From assembly GCF_018350175.1 (NCBI RefSeq), contig NC_058368.1, forward strand, positions 67,458,001 through 67,522,000: a DNA stretch of 64,000 bases, in the 5' to 3' direction. The stretch comes from Felis catus (taxonomy: Eukaryota). Below the pieces are notes generated by a model, which ran no database searches, was not told the origin of the DNA, and was given only the letters and a program-made list of their open reading frames with translations. Shown one piece after another: positions 26,980 to 41,283 of this stretch (position 1 is the stretch's first letter; every line of letters begins with the position of its first letter). The translations under genes were made by a program, and so were the position numbers.

Positions 26980-27622
26980 TATAAAACCCCATTGTTCATT
27001 ATTTGCATTTTTGTAGTTTATAAAAATACTTAGTTACTAGATGATAATCACTATGAAAATAAAACTGAAATTTCTAATATTTTCATAACCTCAGTATTTT
27101 ATACCCTTAGTATTTCATAACCTCCGTGTTTTCACAGTACTCAGTCATATGCAGAGAAATTAAACATTAGACTTAATTGTATTAGAATCTAATCAGCAGC
27201 TGTCTCCTGGTCTCAGTAAAACTGGATGTCCTTTTATGTTTATTTAATTTTCCTTACTACTTGGGAAGGTGCTTGAGAACAGGCTGAAGGATAGGTCGTG
27301 GGATGTGATGGCATCTGAGTCCCCAGCCTCGTTCTTATACATAGCAAGTGTTGTGAGAAATTTGTTGAATGGATGGATGAATGATAAAACATAAGAATGA
27401 GTTTCCTTCTTTTTAACAAATGCCTAAATCTATTATGTAGAATTGTTTCTCAATCACAACATTAGAATAGCCTTTTAAGAATAACACAATTTAGAAGAAA
27501 GCTTTAGCAAAAATTAATCCTTACTGGGCATTGGATATATCCTTCTGGAAAAGTGAGTTCTTTGAATTTTGGGTATGTCTTCAGTTAATGTCTTTTCTGT
27601 GATCAATATTAAAACCTCACAG

Positions 27623-27925
27623 AGGGGTGGCTGAGTGGTTCTGTCAGTTGAACATCCAACTCTTGATTTCAGCTCAGGTCATGATTCCAGGGTTGTGGGA
27701 TTGAGCCCTGTGTCAGTTTCCACATTGAGCATGGAGCCTGCTTAAGATATTGTCTCTCTCCCTCCCCTTCCCCCTCCTTCTCCCCTCCCTCTCCCCCTCT
27801 CTCCTCTCTCTCTTCTTTCCTCTCTTTCCTCTCCTCTCCCTCCTCCCATCCCTTTCTCCCTCCCGCCCCCCTCCCTTTGCCCTCCCCTGCATTTGCTCTC
27901 TCTCTAAAAAACAAACAAACAAACA
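27623..27925 (+). mobile_element. Can-SINE with expanded CT-rich tract
   Basis: SINE head, long pyrimidine tract, (AAAC)n tail; flanks aaacctcacaga. Confidence 0.85.
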
Positions 27926-27964
27926 AACCCTCCCAAACCTCACAGAAACAAAAGGGGGACTTTC

Positions 27965-28385
27965 CACTTTTATTTATTTTTTAAAATTTATTCATTTAAC
28001 TTCAAGTAAGTTAACATACAGTGTAGTATTGATTTCAGGAGTAGAACCCACTTACATATGACACCCAGTGCTCATCCTAACAAGTGCTCTCCTTAATGCC
28101 CGTCATCCTTTTAGCCCATCCCCCTACCCACCTCCCCTCCAGCAGACCTCAGTTTGTTCTCTGTAGTTAAGAGTCTTATGGTTTGCCTCCCTCTCTGTTT
28201 TTATCTTATTTTTCCTTCCCTATGTTCATCTGTTGTGTTTCTTAAATTCCATGAGTGAAATCATATATTTGTCTTTCTCTGACTTATTTTTCATAGCATA
28301 ACACCCTCTAGTTCTATCTACATTGTTGCAAATGGCAAGATTTCATTTCTTTTTGATGACTGAATAATATTCCATTGCATGCGCG

Positions 28386-28432
<47 letters not shown>

Positions 28433-31190
28433 CACCTCTTCTTTATCCTTTCATCAGTCAGTAACCATTTGGGATCTTTCCATAATTTAGCTATTTTTGA
28501 TAGTGCTGCTATAAACATTGGGGTGCATGTGCCCCTTTGAATCAGCATTTTTGTGTCTTTTGGATAAATACCTAGCAGTCAAATGCTGGGTAATAGGGTA
28601 GTTCTATGTTTAATTTTTTGAGGAGTCTCCATTCTGTTTTCCAGAGTGGCTGCATTCCCACCAAGAGTGTAAGAGGGTTCCCCTTTCCCTCTTGCCAACG
28701 TCTCTTGTTTCCTGAGTTGTTAATTTGAGCCACTCTGACTGGTGTGAGGTGGTATCTCAGTGCGGTTTTGATTTGTATTTCCCTGATGATGAGTGATGTT
28801 GAACATTTGTAACTTCCTGATGAGTGATGTTGAACATCTTTTCATGTGTCTGTTAGCCATCTCGATGTGTCTGTTCCTGTCTTCTGCCCATTACTTCACT
28901 GGATTATTTGTTTTTGGGTGTTGAGTTTGATAAGTTCTTCGTAGTTTTTGGATACTAACCCTTTATCTGATATGTCATTTGCAAATATCTTTTCCCATTC
29001 TGTTGGTTGCCTTTTAGTTTTGTTGACTGTTTCCTTTGCAGTGCAGAAGCTTTTTATCCTCATGAGGTCCCAGTAGTTCATTTTTGCTTTTGTTTCCCTT
29101 GCCTCTGGAGACATGTCAAGCAAGAGGTTACTGTGGCCAAGGTCAAAGAGGTTGCTGCCTGTGTTCTCCTATAGGATTTTGATGGTTTTCTGACTCACAT
29201 TTAGGTCTTCCATCCGTTTTGAATTTATTTTTGTGTATGTTATAGGAAAGTGGTCCAAGTTCCTTCTTCTGCATGTCGCTGTCCAGTTTTCCCAGCACCA
29301 TTTGAAGAGACTATCTTTTCCATTCCATATTCTTAACTGCTTTGTGGAAGATTAATTGGCCATACATTTGTGGGTCCATATCATATCTAGGTTCTCCATT
29401 CTGTTCCAATGATCTTTGCGTCTGTTTTTGTGCCAGTACCATACAGTCTTGATGATTACTGCTTTGGAATACAGCTTGAAGTCCAGGATTGTGATGCTTC
29501 CAGCTTTGCTTTTCTTTTTCAACATTACTTTGGCTATTCAGGGTCTTTTCTGGTTCCATACAAATTTTAGGATTATTTGTTCTAGCTCTATGAAGAATGC
29601 TATTATTTTTGATGGGGATTTCATTGCACGTGTAGATTGCTTTGTAGTGTCGACATTTTAACAATATTTGTTCTTCAATCCGTGAGCATGGACTGTTTTT
29701 CCATTTCTTTGTGTCTTCTTCAGTTTCTTTCATAAGCTTTCTATAGTGTACAGAACTTACTTTTTTGGTTATTAGGTTTATTCCTAGGTATCTTAAGGTT
29801 TTTGGGGCAATCGTAAGTGGGATTGTTTTCTTAATTTCTCTTTCTGCAACCAGTTTCATTATGTTGATTTTATATTCTGTGACTTTGTTGAATTCATATA
29901 TCAATTCTAGCAGTTTTTTGGTGGAGTCTTTTGGGTTTTCCACGTAGAGTATCATGTCATCTGTGAAGAGTGAAAGTTTGAGTTCTTCCTTCCTTCCTTG
30001 TATGCCTTTTATTTCTTTTTGTTGTCTGATTGCTGAGGCTAGGACTTCCAATACTAAGTTGAACCACAGTGGTGAGAGTGGAAATCTCTCTCCACTGACC
30101 TTAGTGACAAAGCTCTCAGTTTTGCCCCATTGAGGATGTTACAGCTGTGAGTCTTTCATATATGGTAATTATAATGCTGAGGTATGTTCCTTCTACTCCC
30201 AACTTTCTTGAGAGTTTTTATCAAGAAAGGATGCTGTATTTTGTCAAATGCTTTTTCTGCATCTATTGAGAGGATCCTATAGTTCTTTTTTTTTTTTTTT
30301 TTAATGTTTATTCATCTTTGAGAGACAGAGACAGAGCATGAGGGGGGAAGGGGCAGAGAGGGAGACACAGAATCAGAAGCAGGCTCCAGGCTCCGAGCTG
30401 TCAGCAGAGTCCAACGCAGGGCTTAAACTCACGAACTGCGAGATCATGACCTGAGAGAAAGTCGGACCCTCAACCGACTGAGCCACCCAGGTGCCCCTGA
30501 GAGGATCATATAGTTCTTATCCTTTCTTGTGTTAATGTGGTGTATTGCATTGATTGATTTGCGAACACTAAGCCAGCCCTGCAGCCCAGCAATAAATCCC
30601 ATTTGATCATGGTGAATAGTGCAGTTGAGTGTCTCTTAGTTTCGGCTCAGGTCATGATCTCATGGTCCTTGGGTTCGAGCCCCGTGTCGAGCTCTGCACT
30701 GACAGCATGGAGCCTGCTTGGGATTCTCTCTTTCTGCCCCTCCCCAACTCACGTGTGCATGCTCTCTCTCTCTCTAAATAAATAAATAAACTTAAAAAAG
30801 AAAATAAAAAGAGAATACTCTTTAAGAAAACGAATGTCTGGTAGAATTCCCCTGGGAGGCCATCTGGCCCAGGACTCTGGGAGATTTGTTGGGAGATTTT
30901 TGATAACTGATTCAGTTTCTTTGCTGGTTATGGGTATGTTCAAATTTTCTTTCTCTTACTGTTTCAGTTCTGGTAGTGCATGAGTTTCTAGGAATTTGTC
31001 CATTTCTTCCAGATTGCCTCGTGTGTTGGCATATAACTTTTCATGGTATTCTCGTACAGTTGTTTGTATTTCTGTAGTGTTTGTTGTGATCTCTTTCATT
31101 CATGATTTTATCTATTTGGGTCCTCTCTCTTTTCTTTTTTATAAGCCTGGCTAGGGGCTTATCAATTTTGTTTATTCTTTCAAAGAACCA
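27965..31190 (-). mobile_element. 5'-truncated carnivore/felid L1 (~3.2 kb) with SINEs at ~30286-30497 and ~30620-30810
   Basis: ORF2 RT fragment (LSLFTDDMILYVENPK) and C-terminal peptides with frameshifts; SINE TSD tgagaggatc(c/a)tatagttctt. Confidence 0.93.
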
Positions 31191-31319
31191 GTCAGCATTG
31201 CCACTTTTCGATTGTTTTCTGACGGTCATACTTCTGCTAGTGCATTCTTAAAATTGCCGTTGCTATTATTATTACAGGATACTTCCATGACAGTGTGCAA
31301 CTGAATTGAATGATTTTTT

Positions 31320-33800
31320 ATTTTTAATTGAAATTTGTATTGAGATAATTGTAGATTCCCATACAGTTGTAATTAATAATACAGAGAGATCCTGTGTACC
31401 TTTTACCCAATACCTACTGTCCCCCAATGATAACATCTTGTAAAACTGTAGTACGATATTACAACAAAGATATTGACATTGATACAATCTGTCTATTCAG
31501 ATTTCCTCAGTTTTAGTAGTAGTCTTCATTTTTTTTTTTTTTTTAATGTTTGTGTATTTATTTTGCAAGAGACAGCGATCGGGGGAGGGGCAGAGAGAGA
31601 GGGAGACAGAGAATTCCAAGCAGGCTCCTCACTGTCAGTGCAGAGCCAGATGTGGGGCTCCATCCCACGAATTGTGAGATTATGACCTGAGCCAAAACCA
31701 AGAATCAGTTGCTCAATGGACTGAGCCACCCAGGCCTAGTGTCCGTGTCTGCGTGTGTGTTTAATTTGATACACGTTTTATTTACACCACAGTTAACATA
31801 CTCAGCACTTCTGTTGCCACAAGGATCCTTCCTGTTGCCCTTTTATAAGCACACCCACTTCCCTCACATACTGTTTTGGCCCCTCATCCACTTTCGGCGA
31901 CCACTAATTTGTTACTCATTTCTTTAATTTTGACATTTCAAACATTATACATGGACAAAAGGTTATATAACCTTTTGGCATTGACTTTTTTTTTATTCCA
32001 TTTAATTCCCTGGAGATTCATTCAGATTGTTGCATATATCACTTAGTTCCTTTTAATTGCTAAGTAGTCCATGGTATGTGTGTGACACTCATTCATCAAT
32101 TAATGGACATTTGGGTTGTTTCCACTTTTTCACAATTATGAATAAAACTGGTATGAACTTTTTTTTTTTTAATGCTACAAATATTCTTGCATAGGTTTTA
32201 GTGTGAACAGAAGTTTTCATTTTCCTGGGATAAATGCCTAGAAGTGCAATTTCTGGGTTGTGTCATAATTGCCTGTTTAGTTTTATAAGGAACCACCAAA
32301 CTGCTTTTCAGAGTGACTGTGCCATTTTATGTTCCTCTGCACTTTGCCAGTATGTGGTTTTGTCACTGCTTTTTTCTTTTTAAAATTTATTTATTTTGAG
32401 AGAGCACATGGGTGTGCCTGCTAGCAGGGGAGGGGCAGAGAGAGAGAGAGGGAGGGAGAGGGAGAGAGAGAATCCCAAGCAGGCTCCACGCAGTGAGCAC
32501 AGAGGCTGACTGGGAGCTTGGTCACATGAACCATGAAATCATGACCTGAGCCAAGATCAAGAGTCGGATGCTTAACTGACTGAGGCACCCAGGTGCCCCT
32601 CTTTATGTATTTTCAATACTTTATCACATGTGTGGTCGGCAAATATGTTCTCCCCGTCCATAGCTTGTCTTTTACTATTCACAGGGTGTTTCAGAGAGAA
32701 GATGTTTTTAATTTTGATGATATTCAATTTATCCATTTTGCTTTTTCTTCTGCATACACTGTTTTCGATGTCCTGTTGAAGAACTGTTCTCCAAGCCTTA
32801 CATTCCGAACGTTTTCTCCTATGTTATTTTTTTTTAAAGTTTTATGGTCTTATGTTTTACACTTAAGTCTGTGCTCTATTTTGACTTAATGTTTGTGTAA
32901 TGTGTGAAGTTTAGGTTGAGGTTGATTTGTTTTGCCTTTGGATATGCCATTGTTCCAGCACCATATTTTGAAAAGGCTTTCTGTCCTTCACTGAAGTGCT
33001 TTCACACCTTTAAAAATAAGACGTTTGCTGTACTTGGGTGGGTGTATTTCTGGGTTCTCTCTTCTGTTTCCTGTGTGTCTATCCCTCTGCCATTCCTGTA
33101 CTCTGTTGGTGTTTTAGCTCTATAAGGAGTCTTACTAGGGAGTGGAGTGATTCCTTCTCACTTTATTCTTCTCTGTCAGTATCGTTTTAGCTATTCCCTG
33201 GCCTTTACCCTTTTATGTAAATTTAGAATAAACTTCTCTATGTCTACAAAAAGCCTTGCTGATATTTTGATAGGAAAGGAATTGCAATAAGCTTAAAAGT
33301 CAGTTTGGGGAGAAATGAAATACTTATTATGTTGAGTCTTCCAATCCATGAACATAATATGCCTCCCCATTTGTTTAGGTCTTTGATTTCTTTTATCAGT
33401 GTTTTGTAACTTGCAATGTACAGATCCTGTACATATTTTGTTAAATGTATATACCCGAGTTCTTTTTTGGGTGTGGGAGGGATGATTTAAAATGGTACTG
33501 TGTTTTTCTGTTTTTTTTAAATGTTTTTTACATTTATTTATTTTTGAGAGACAGAGAGAGACAGTGTGAGCAGGGGAGGGGCAGAGAGAGAGAGTGAGAC
33601 ACAGAATCAGAAGCAGGCTCCAGGCTCTGAGCTGTCAGCACAGAGCCCAATGCGGGGCTCAAACCCACGAACCGTGAGGTCATGACCTGAGCTGAAGCCG
33701 GACGCTCAACGGACTGAGCCACCCAGGTGCCCCTGGTACTGAGTTTTTAATTTCATTTTTCATATTGAATAATCTTTGTGATTTTTTTTTTTCTTCAGGA
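31320..33800 (-). mobile_element. Old L1M fragment with SINEs at ~31529-31736, 32370-32598 and 33505-33733
   Basis: degenerate L1 3'UTR/ORF2 motifs. Confidence 0.75.
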
Positions 33801-33844
33801 AAGTGTTCACATATTTAAATTTGTAGAAGAAATTAAAAAAAATT

Positions 33845-34044
33845 GTTTTAATGTTTATTTACTTATTTAGAGAAAGAGAGTGAGCAGGGAGGGGCAGAGA
33901 GAGAGGGAGAGAGAGAATCCCAAGCAAGCTCCACACTGTCAGCATGGAGCCTGACGCAGGGCTTGAACCCACGAACCATGCGATCCTGACCTGAGCCAAG
34001 ATCAAGAGTCAGACACTTAACCAACAGAGCCACCTCAGTTCCCC
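33845..34044 (-). mobile_element. Can-SINE
   Basis: typical body. Confidence 0.85.
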
Positions 34045-36944
34045 ATGGGAATACAGATGGGAGGCCAAGTTAAATCTTAACACTGCAAAAGCTATGTTTA
34101 ATATGTAATAACAATTTTGTGTGTAATAATAATTATATTAGATTGGATTGGGTTTAGAGGAAGATACAAGTACAGAATTTATTATTTTACAGATATTTTA
34201 TGTTTCACTTGGAATAAATTGGAAATACCTGGACTTAAGATTCAGATTAATAATTAGAAAATCTGACATGTATATCTTTTGTCTGAACAGTAATTACAGT
34301 GTCCCAAGGGTGTAGGTGTTAGAGCATCATGAAATGAGAATATTGAGAAGAACTTATCAGTTAACATATGTATATAAACGATTAAATTTTAAGCATTTGG
34401 AACCTTGATTCTACTGGGAAAATGATAAAAGAATGTTATCAGATGGACAACACGAGATATAAACCCAAACCCAGTGTCTACAGTGTCCAGTCTTTCTAAA
34501 TGTAAAGATGAACATTAGAACTATTCACAGGACCACTATCTCTTATGTTTAGCAAAAATAGATAACATACAGCCCAACCTTGATGAGACTTTAAGAAAAT
34601 GTTTCCAGTTATATAATACTGTTGACATTGCAAGTATAAATAGAACTTTTACAGAAAAATCTGGCGGTAAGTATTATGAAAGAAAAACATTTTGCCCAAA
34701 GATACTTATTGGAGTTCTATTTGTTTTGGAAACTATTAGAGAATATTGTGTCAGTATGATAGAATAATATTCATAAACAAGAATTATTTATGTTTGCTAT
34801 TGATTTATAGACCTACATTACAAAATAAAGTCAATTAAAGGGCAAAATAAAAATTGTGTGTAAATGCTATTTCTGATTACAGAAAACTTTTGTGTGCTAA
34901 ACTGGTATAAGTGGCAATTGGTTAAAATTTATAGTTTTTTTCTGTTTTAAAGTTGTATAAAACAAATTCTGAAAAAAAAGACAAGTTTTGGAACAAGAGG
35001 CAGGAAGGAGCGTTGGGTTTTAGATCTACTTTTGTACTTCAGCCATGGTTTGTACAGCACTCAGCATGCACGGGGCGTATTGTTAAGGACTTGGATGGAT
35101 TATTTCACTTAATCGCTATTCTGCCTCTGTGGTCTGGCATACTGGTAGTCTCATTTTCAGCTGAGCAAATAGAGGTTCAGAGAAGTTTGGTGACTTGCCC
35201 AAGATTACACCAGTAGCAAGCAAGTAGGTTAGAAAATTCTAGAACCTGCATTCTTATGCACTGTACTGTTGCTCTCTGCTGTCATTAGTAATTGTATGCA
35301 TGCTCTGAGGGCTATTCCTGTCGAATATGGGCACAGGACTCAAACCTGTATGTGTTTCACATGGTACAGAACATTTGTTGTTATTCGCGTTAAGAAGTGT
35401 GAGAAAATATGTATTTGCTTATATACAGACAAAAACCTCTGGAAAGATAAGCAAGAAACTGATAACATTGGTACTTCTTGAAAGAAAGGTGATTTTGAGA
35501 AGTTCTTCCCTTCTGAGCACCTTGTTTTCCTCATTGCAAAGCATAGAAATTGTATAGATGACATCCTATCTTTAAAGTTTGGTACCATAAAGTAGATGAT
35601 TTCTGGGTCTCATTTGAAAAGATAAATTTTGTGTTATGACTGCATTTTATTTTTAGCAATTAAAGAATCCTTATTAATTTTTAAAGATTTGTGAATATAG
35701 ATGATCCATAATAACTTGTTTGCTTTATATATTTTTTAGTTAAATGGACTTTTTGTGGTATTTAGGAGCATTTACGAGCCTGTTACATATAGTAAAGATT
35801 TAATCATACTAGTAAAGTGCTGTATACAACCAGGTAGATGTATTCAACTACATTTTACATAACGGAACAGAAATTTGAATATACTTAATCTCTTTTTGGG
35901 CTACAGTGAGAAACTCGTTCTTTGTTAGGTGTACAGGTTACTCTACTGTTGGAGGCTGTCCTGTAAATGAGCATCACGTCAGGTCCATACCAGCTATCCT
36001 AATCCTGATCAGTACTTTACGTGGTTTAGTTTGTCTTGGAGCCATCAGTGACTCCTGCTGTAGCCAGTGCATGTGGTCATTTGTTAGGTCAGTGAGCATT
36101 TGAGTGCATATTATTTGCAAGGCAGAATGGTAGGTGTTAGAGAATTGCTGATGAAGAAAACTAGTCTCAGCCTTTGGAGAGATTGTACTAGGGTAAGAAA
36201 TAATCTGGCGAATATGATACCATATGACAAATGTTGTGATTGAGCCCTGTGGGAACAGACAGAATGGTCACCTAACTTAGCTGGGATTTGGGAGTCTGGA
36301 GTCAAGAAAGGCCTTTTTAAAGGAGGATGTACTTGAAGTCTGAATGGTAAGAGAATGAATGAATCTGTGTTAGCAAAGTGGCTGGGAGGGCCATCCAGGC
36401 AGACGGTGAGCATCGTGTCATTTAAGAAAACGACACCTCTAGTACCACTGGAGTAGGGGTTTGAGAATGCTGGACAGGGAAGCAGGGGTCTGATTGCAGA
36501 GAGGACATATGTAGTGCTGGGACCTGGGTGTGTGTTTGTTCATTCGTTTAATAGCCATGGAAGGTTTATGCTGGGAATGTCATGATCAGGGTTTTGCTTC
36601 AGTAAAACCCAGACTACTCTGGAAAATGGATTGGAAGAAGATGAGAGTGGAAGTAAACAGTCTGATAATTAAGCTGTTGCAGTAAGTAGTCCAAGTGTGA
36701 CTTTATGGAGGCCAAAGATTAGGCTGGAGTAGGTGGGGATTGAGAGAAATAGGTGGACATTTAGGAGGTTGGATCAAGAGAGATGCAGTGATTGTGCTAA
36801 GGGAGAAGGAACAATTAGGTATGATGCCCGGGTTTCTGGATTGTTCAAATTGGTTACATGTCCATGCTATTCCCTCAGATAGAAACTCAGAGAACAATTA
36901 TTTAGGAGAGAAGGATGGGTAGAGAAAATATGCCTGTCTTATAC

Positions 36945-38564
36945 TTTTTTTTCCTCAAGTTTTTATTTTAATCACTTAGTGCTCATCACAAATGCACACT
37001 CCTTAATCCCCTTAATCACCCACCTACCCTGCCCCCATCCCCTCTGGTGACCATTAGTTTGTTCTCTGTAGTTAAGAGTCTGTTTCTTAGTTTCTCTTTT
37101 TCCCCTTTGCTCATTTGTTTTGTTTTTTAAACATCTTTTTAAAAAAAAATTATTTATTTTGAGAGAGAGAAAGCATGAGAGTGAGCGGGGGAGGGGCAGA
37201 GAGAGAGAGGGAGAGAGAATCCCAAGCAGGCTCCGTGTTGTCAGTGCAGAGCCCTATGTGGGGCTTGATCCCACGAACTGTGAGATCATGACCTGAGCCA
37301 AGACCAAGAGTGGGACACTCAACCGACGGAGCTACCCAGGCAGTCCTGTTTCTTAAACATCTTCTTTATCCTTTGATTAATCGATGGACACTTGGGCTGC
37401 TTCCATATCCTGGCTATTGTAAATAACACTGTTATAAATATAGGAGTGCATGTGTCCCTTTGAATTAGTGTTTTTGTATTCTTTGGGTAAATACCCAGTA
37501 GTGTGATTGCTGGGCCATAGGGTAGTTCTATTTTTAACTTTCTGAGGAACCTCCATTCTGTTTTTCAGAGTGGCTGTACCAGTTTGCATTCCCACCAACA
37601 ATGCAAGAGGGTTCCCCTTTCTCTGCATCCTCGCCAACACCTATTGTTTGTTGCGTTGTTGATTTTAGCCATTCTGACAGGTGTGAGGTATAGTTTTGAT
37701 TTGCATTTCTCTGACAGTGAGGGACGATGAATATCTTTTCATATGTCTGTTGGCCGTCTGTATGTCTTCTTTGGAGAAATGTCTGTTCATGTCTTCTGCC
37801 CATTTTTAAATTGGATTATTTGTTTTTGGGTGTTGAATTTTATAAGTTCTTTACATATTTTAGATACCCTTTATTGGATATGTCTTTTGTAAGTATCTTC
37901 TCCCAATTTGTAGGTTGCCATTTAGTTTTTGTTGATTGTTTCCTTTACTGTATAGAAGCTTTTTATTTTTTAAATTTGTTTTACTTTTTAAAGTTTTTAT
38001 TTTAATTTCCATTAGTTAACTTACAGTGTTATATTGGTTTCAGGTGTACGATATAGTAATTTAGCACTTCCACACATCACCGTGTAGTCATCACAACAAG
38101 TGCAGAAGCTTTTTATTTTGATGTAGCCTCAATAGTTTATTATTGCTTTTGTTTTCCTTGCCTCAGGAGACATATCTAGAAAAAAGTTGCTCAGCTGATG
38201 TCAGAGAAATTACTGCCTGTGCTCTCTTCTAGGATTTGTATGGTTTCAGGTCTTACATTTAGGTCTTTAATCCATTTTGAATTTATTTTTGTGTATAGCG
38301 TAGGAAAGTGGTCCAGTTTCATTCTTCAACGTGTTGCTATCCAGTTTTCCCAACGCCATGTGTTGAAGAGACTTTTTCATTGGAGAGTCTTTCATTGGAT
38401 GGTCAAAGATTAATTAATTGATGATATAATTGTGGGTTTATTTCTGGATTTTGTATTCTGTTCCCTTGATCTATATGTTTCTATTTTTGTGCAAGTACCA
38501 TGCTGTTTGATTACTACAGCTTTGTGATATAACTTGAAGTCTGGAATTGTGATGCCTCCAACTT

Positions 38565-38596
<32 letters not shown>

Positions 38597-39410
38597 CCCT
38601 CTTTAAGATTGCTTTGGCTATTCCAGGTCTTTTGTAGTTTCATACAAATTTTAGGATTGTTTGTTCTAGTTCTGTGAAAAATGCTGTTGGTATTTTGATA
38701 GAGATTGCATTAAATGTGTAGATTGCTTTGGGTAGTATAGACATTTTAACAGTGTCCTTCCAATCCATGAACATGGAATGTCTTTCCATTTCTTTGCATC
38801 ATCTTCAGTTTCTTTCATCAGTGTTCTATAGTTTTCAGAGTACAGGTCTTTCACCTCTTTGGTGAGGTTTATTTCTGGGTATCTTACCATTTGGGGTACA
38901 GTAGTAAATGGGATTGTTTTCTTAAATTCTTTTTCTGCTGTTTCATTATTGATGTATAGAAGTGCAACAGATTTCTGTAGAGTAATTTTGTATCCTGCGA
39001 CTTTACTGAATTTGTTAATCAGTTCTAGCAGTTCTTTGGTAGAGTTTTTCAGGTTTTCTGTATATAATATCATGTCAGCTGCAAATAGGGAAAGTTTGAC
39101 TTCTTCCTTATAGATTTTTATGCCTTTTATTTCTTTTTGTTGTCTGATTGCTGTGGCTAGGATGTCCAGTGCTATATTGAATAGAAGTGGTTAGAGTGGA
39201 CATCCTTGTCTTGTTCCTGACCTTAGTGGAGGGGCTCTCCATTCTTCCTCATTGAGGGTGATGTTTGCTGTGGGTTTTTCATATATGGTCTTTATTATGT
39301 TGAAGTCTGTTCCCTTTAAACCTATTTTGTTGATGGTTTTTATCGTGAATGGATGTTGTACTTTGTCAAATGCTTTTTCTGCATCTGTTGAAAATGATCA
39401 TATGGTTTGA
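36945..39410 (-). mobile_element. Carnivore L1 fragment with a SINE (~37135-37346) and a nested mini-L1
   Basis: ORF2 peptides ([18 protein letters not shown]). Confidence 0.9.
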
Positions 39411-39421
39411 CACTCTTATTC

Positions 39422-39815
39422 TTTTTTTTTTTTTTAAGTTTACTTATTTTTGAGAGAAACAGAGACAACATGAGTGGAGGTGGCAGAGAGAGAGGGAGAG
39501 TGAGAGAGAATCCCAAGCAGGCTCTGTGCTGACCTGAGCTGAAACCAAGAGTTGGATATTTAACCCACTCAGCCAGCCAGGCGCCCCCGACTCCCTTATT
39601 TTTATAAAAATATCCTGGAGCGCCTGGGTGGCTCAGTTGGTTAAGTGTATGACTTCGGCTCAGGTCATGATCTCATGGTTAGTGAATTTGAGCCCTGTGC
39701 TGACAGCTCAGACCCTGGAGCCTTCTTTGGATTCTGTGTCTCCCTCTCTCTCTGCCCCTTCCCTGCTCATGCTCTGTTTCTCTCTCAAAAATAAAAAATA
39801 AACATTAAAAAAAAT
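39422..39815. mobile_element. Head-to-head Can-SINE pair (39422-39588 minus, 39617-39815 plus)
   Basis: two SINE heads ~28 bp apart; both carry internal deletions. Confidence 0.87.
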
Positions 39816-41063
39816 GTTTTAAAAATTTTCCTGATTCTCAGCAACTCATTTTATTTAATGATTTGTGATCTATAAATTCTTCCTTCTTATCAACTTCAAA
39901 ATACAGTAAATGCACTTTAAACTCATCTGTTTTTGGGCTTCGGTGTTTTATCTTTTCCTTATTTATCTTTGCTGTCAGTGCTTTGGGTTTAAGTGAAAAA
40001 TCTTCAGATCAAGGCAGTGTTCCATGTGATCCAAATACAGTGAAGGTAATGATCAGTTTAAATGTTTATTTCATATTTTGGTATTTTTTATTTTGATGAA
40101 ATTGGCAACTCACATTTTGTTTTTGGTGAGCAGCCATATTATTAGATAAATATCAGTGCCAATTACAATTTAATTTTTAATTTAAGTACAAAGCTTTGGT
40201 GTGATTTTTAATAAATAAACTCTTCATTGGTAGTTTGTGTTACTTGAAAACAAACTAACGTAAATCTACCAAATGCATCAATATAACTTTAGGCATTGTT
40301 TTTTCCATCTTTAATCTTTTAGTACATAAAAAATGATTGTGGTGCCTCAAGTTAGCTAAATCAGAAATAACCAAAGTTAAAAAAAAATACTAAGTATTAT
40401 GAACTAGGAAGAAAAGGGAGCAGTACTTTTAAAGGCATGAAATAAATTTGGTTATAATTTAATAGAAAGATAGCAATGTGTGCTATAGCTTGCTACAGTT
40501 GCTCTCTTTTTCTTTGAATCAGAAATAATGCTATATATGGGTAATAGTATAAATATGCCATAATTCATCAGATATAAGGAGCTATCAATTGTAAGATGTT
40601 ATTATTTTATGCTGTATTAAAAGAATAAATGCTGCTGGTTAATAATGCCTTCTTATAACTTAATATTTTTATTTTGTGCTTATATTTTTATTTTGAGCTA
40701 TTTGAGACTTAGACGCAAGTTTTTATTATCACACTGCTCTGCTCATTGCCTTTCTGTTATACATTAACTTCATGAAGACTTTGGCAGTTAAAACCTGTAT
40801 GTGTAGTACCAACGGTGTTAATAACTGGAGTCAAGCGTGCTAGACCATTTTTGTGCATGTGCCGTCATGTTGATGGGCTGATGGTAAGACTCATTCCACT
40901 GAGAGAAATCAAAGTATGCTTTATCACCTTGCTTTAGATGTGAGGCAGAAAGGGAAGAGGGAAGGATGAGGCTTAAAAGATAGCAGCAGTAAAATGGAGT
41001 TGGACTCCTAATTACATCAAGGAAAGAGGAATCTAACATCCTAAATAATAAGAGGAGCCATTT

Positions 41064-41283
41064 AAAAAAAATTTTTTTTTTAACGTTTCGTTTATTTTTG
41101 AGACAGGGAGAGACAGAGCATGAACAGGGGAGGGTCAGAGAGAGGGAGACACAGAATCTGAAACAGGCTCCAGGCTCTGAGCTGTCAGCACAGAGCCCGA
41201 CGCGGGGCTCAAACTCACGGAGCCCGAGACCATGACCTGAGCCGAAGTCGGCTGCTTAACCGACGGAGCCACCCAGGCGCCCC
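41064..41283 (-). mobile_element. Young Can-SINE
   Basis: perfect TSD aagaggagccattt. Confidence 0.93.
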
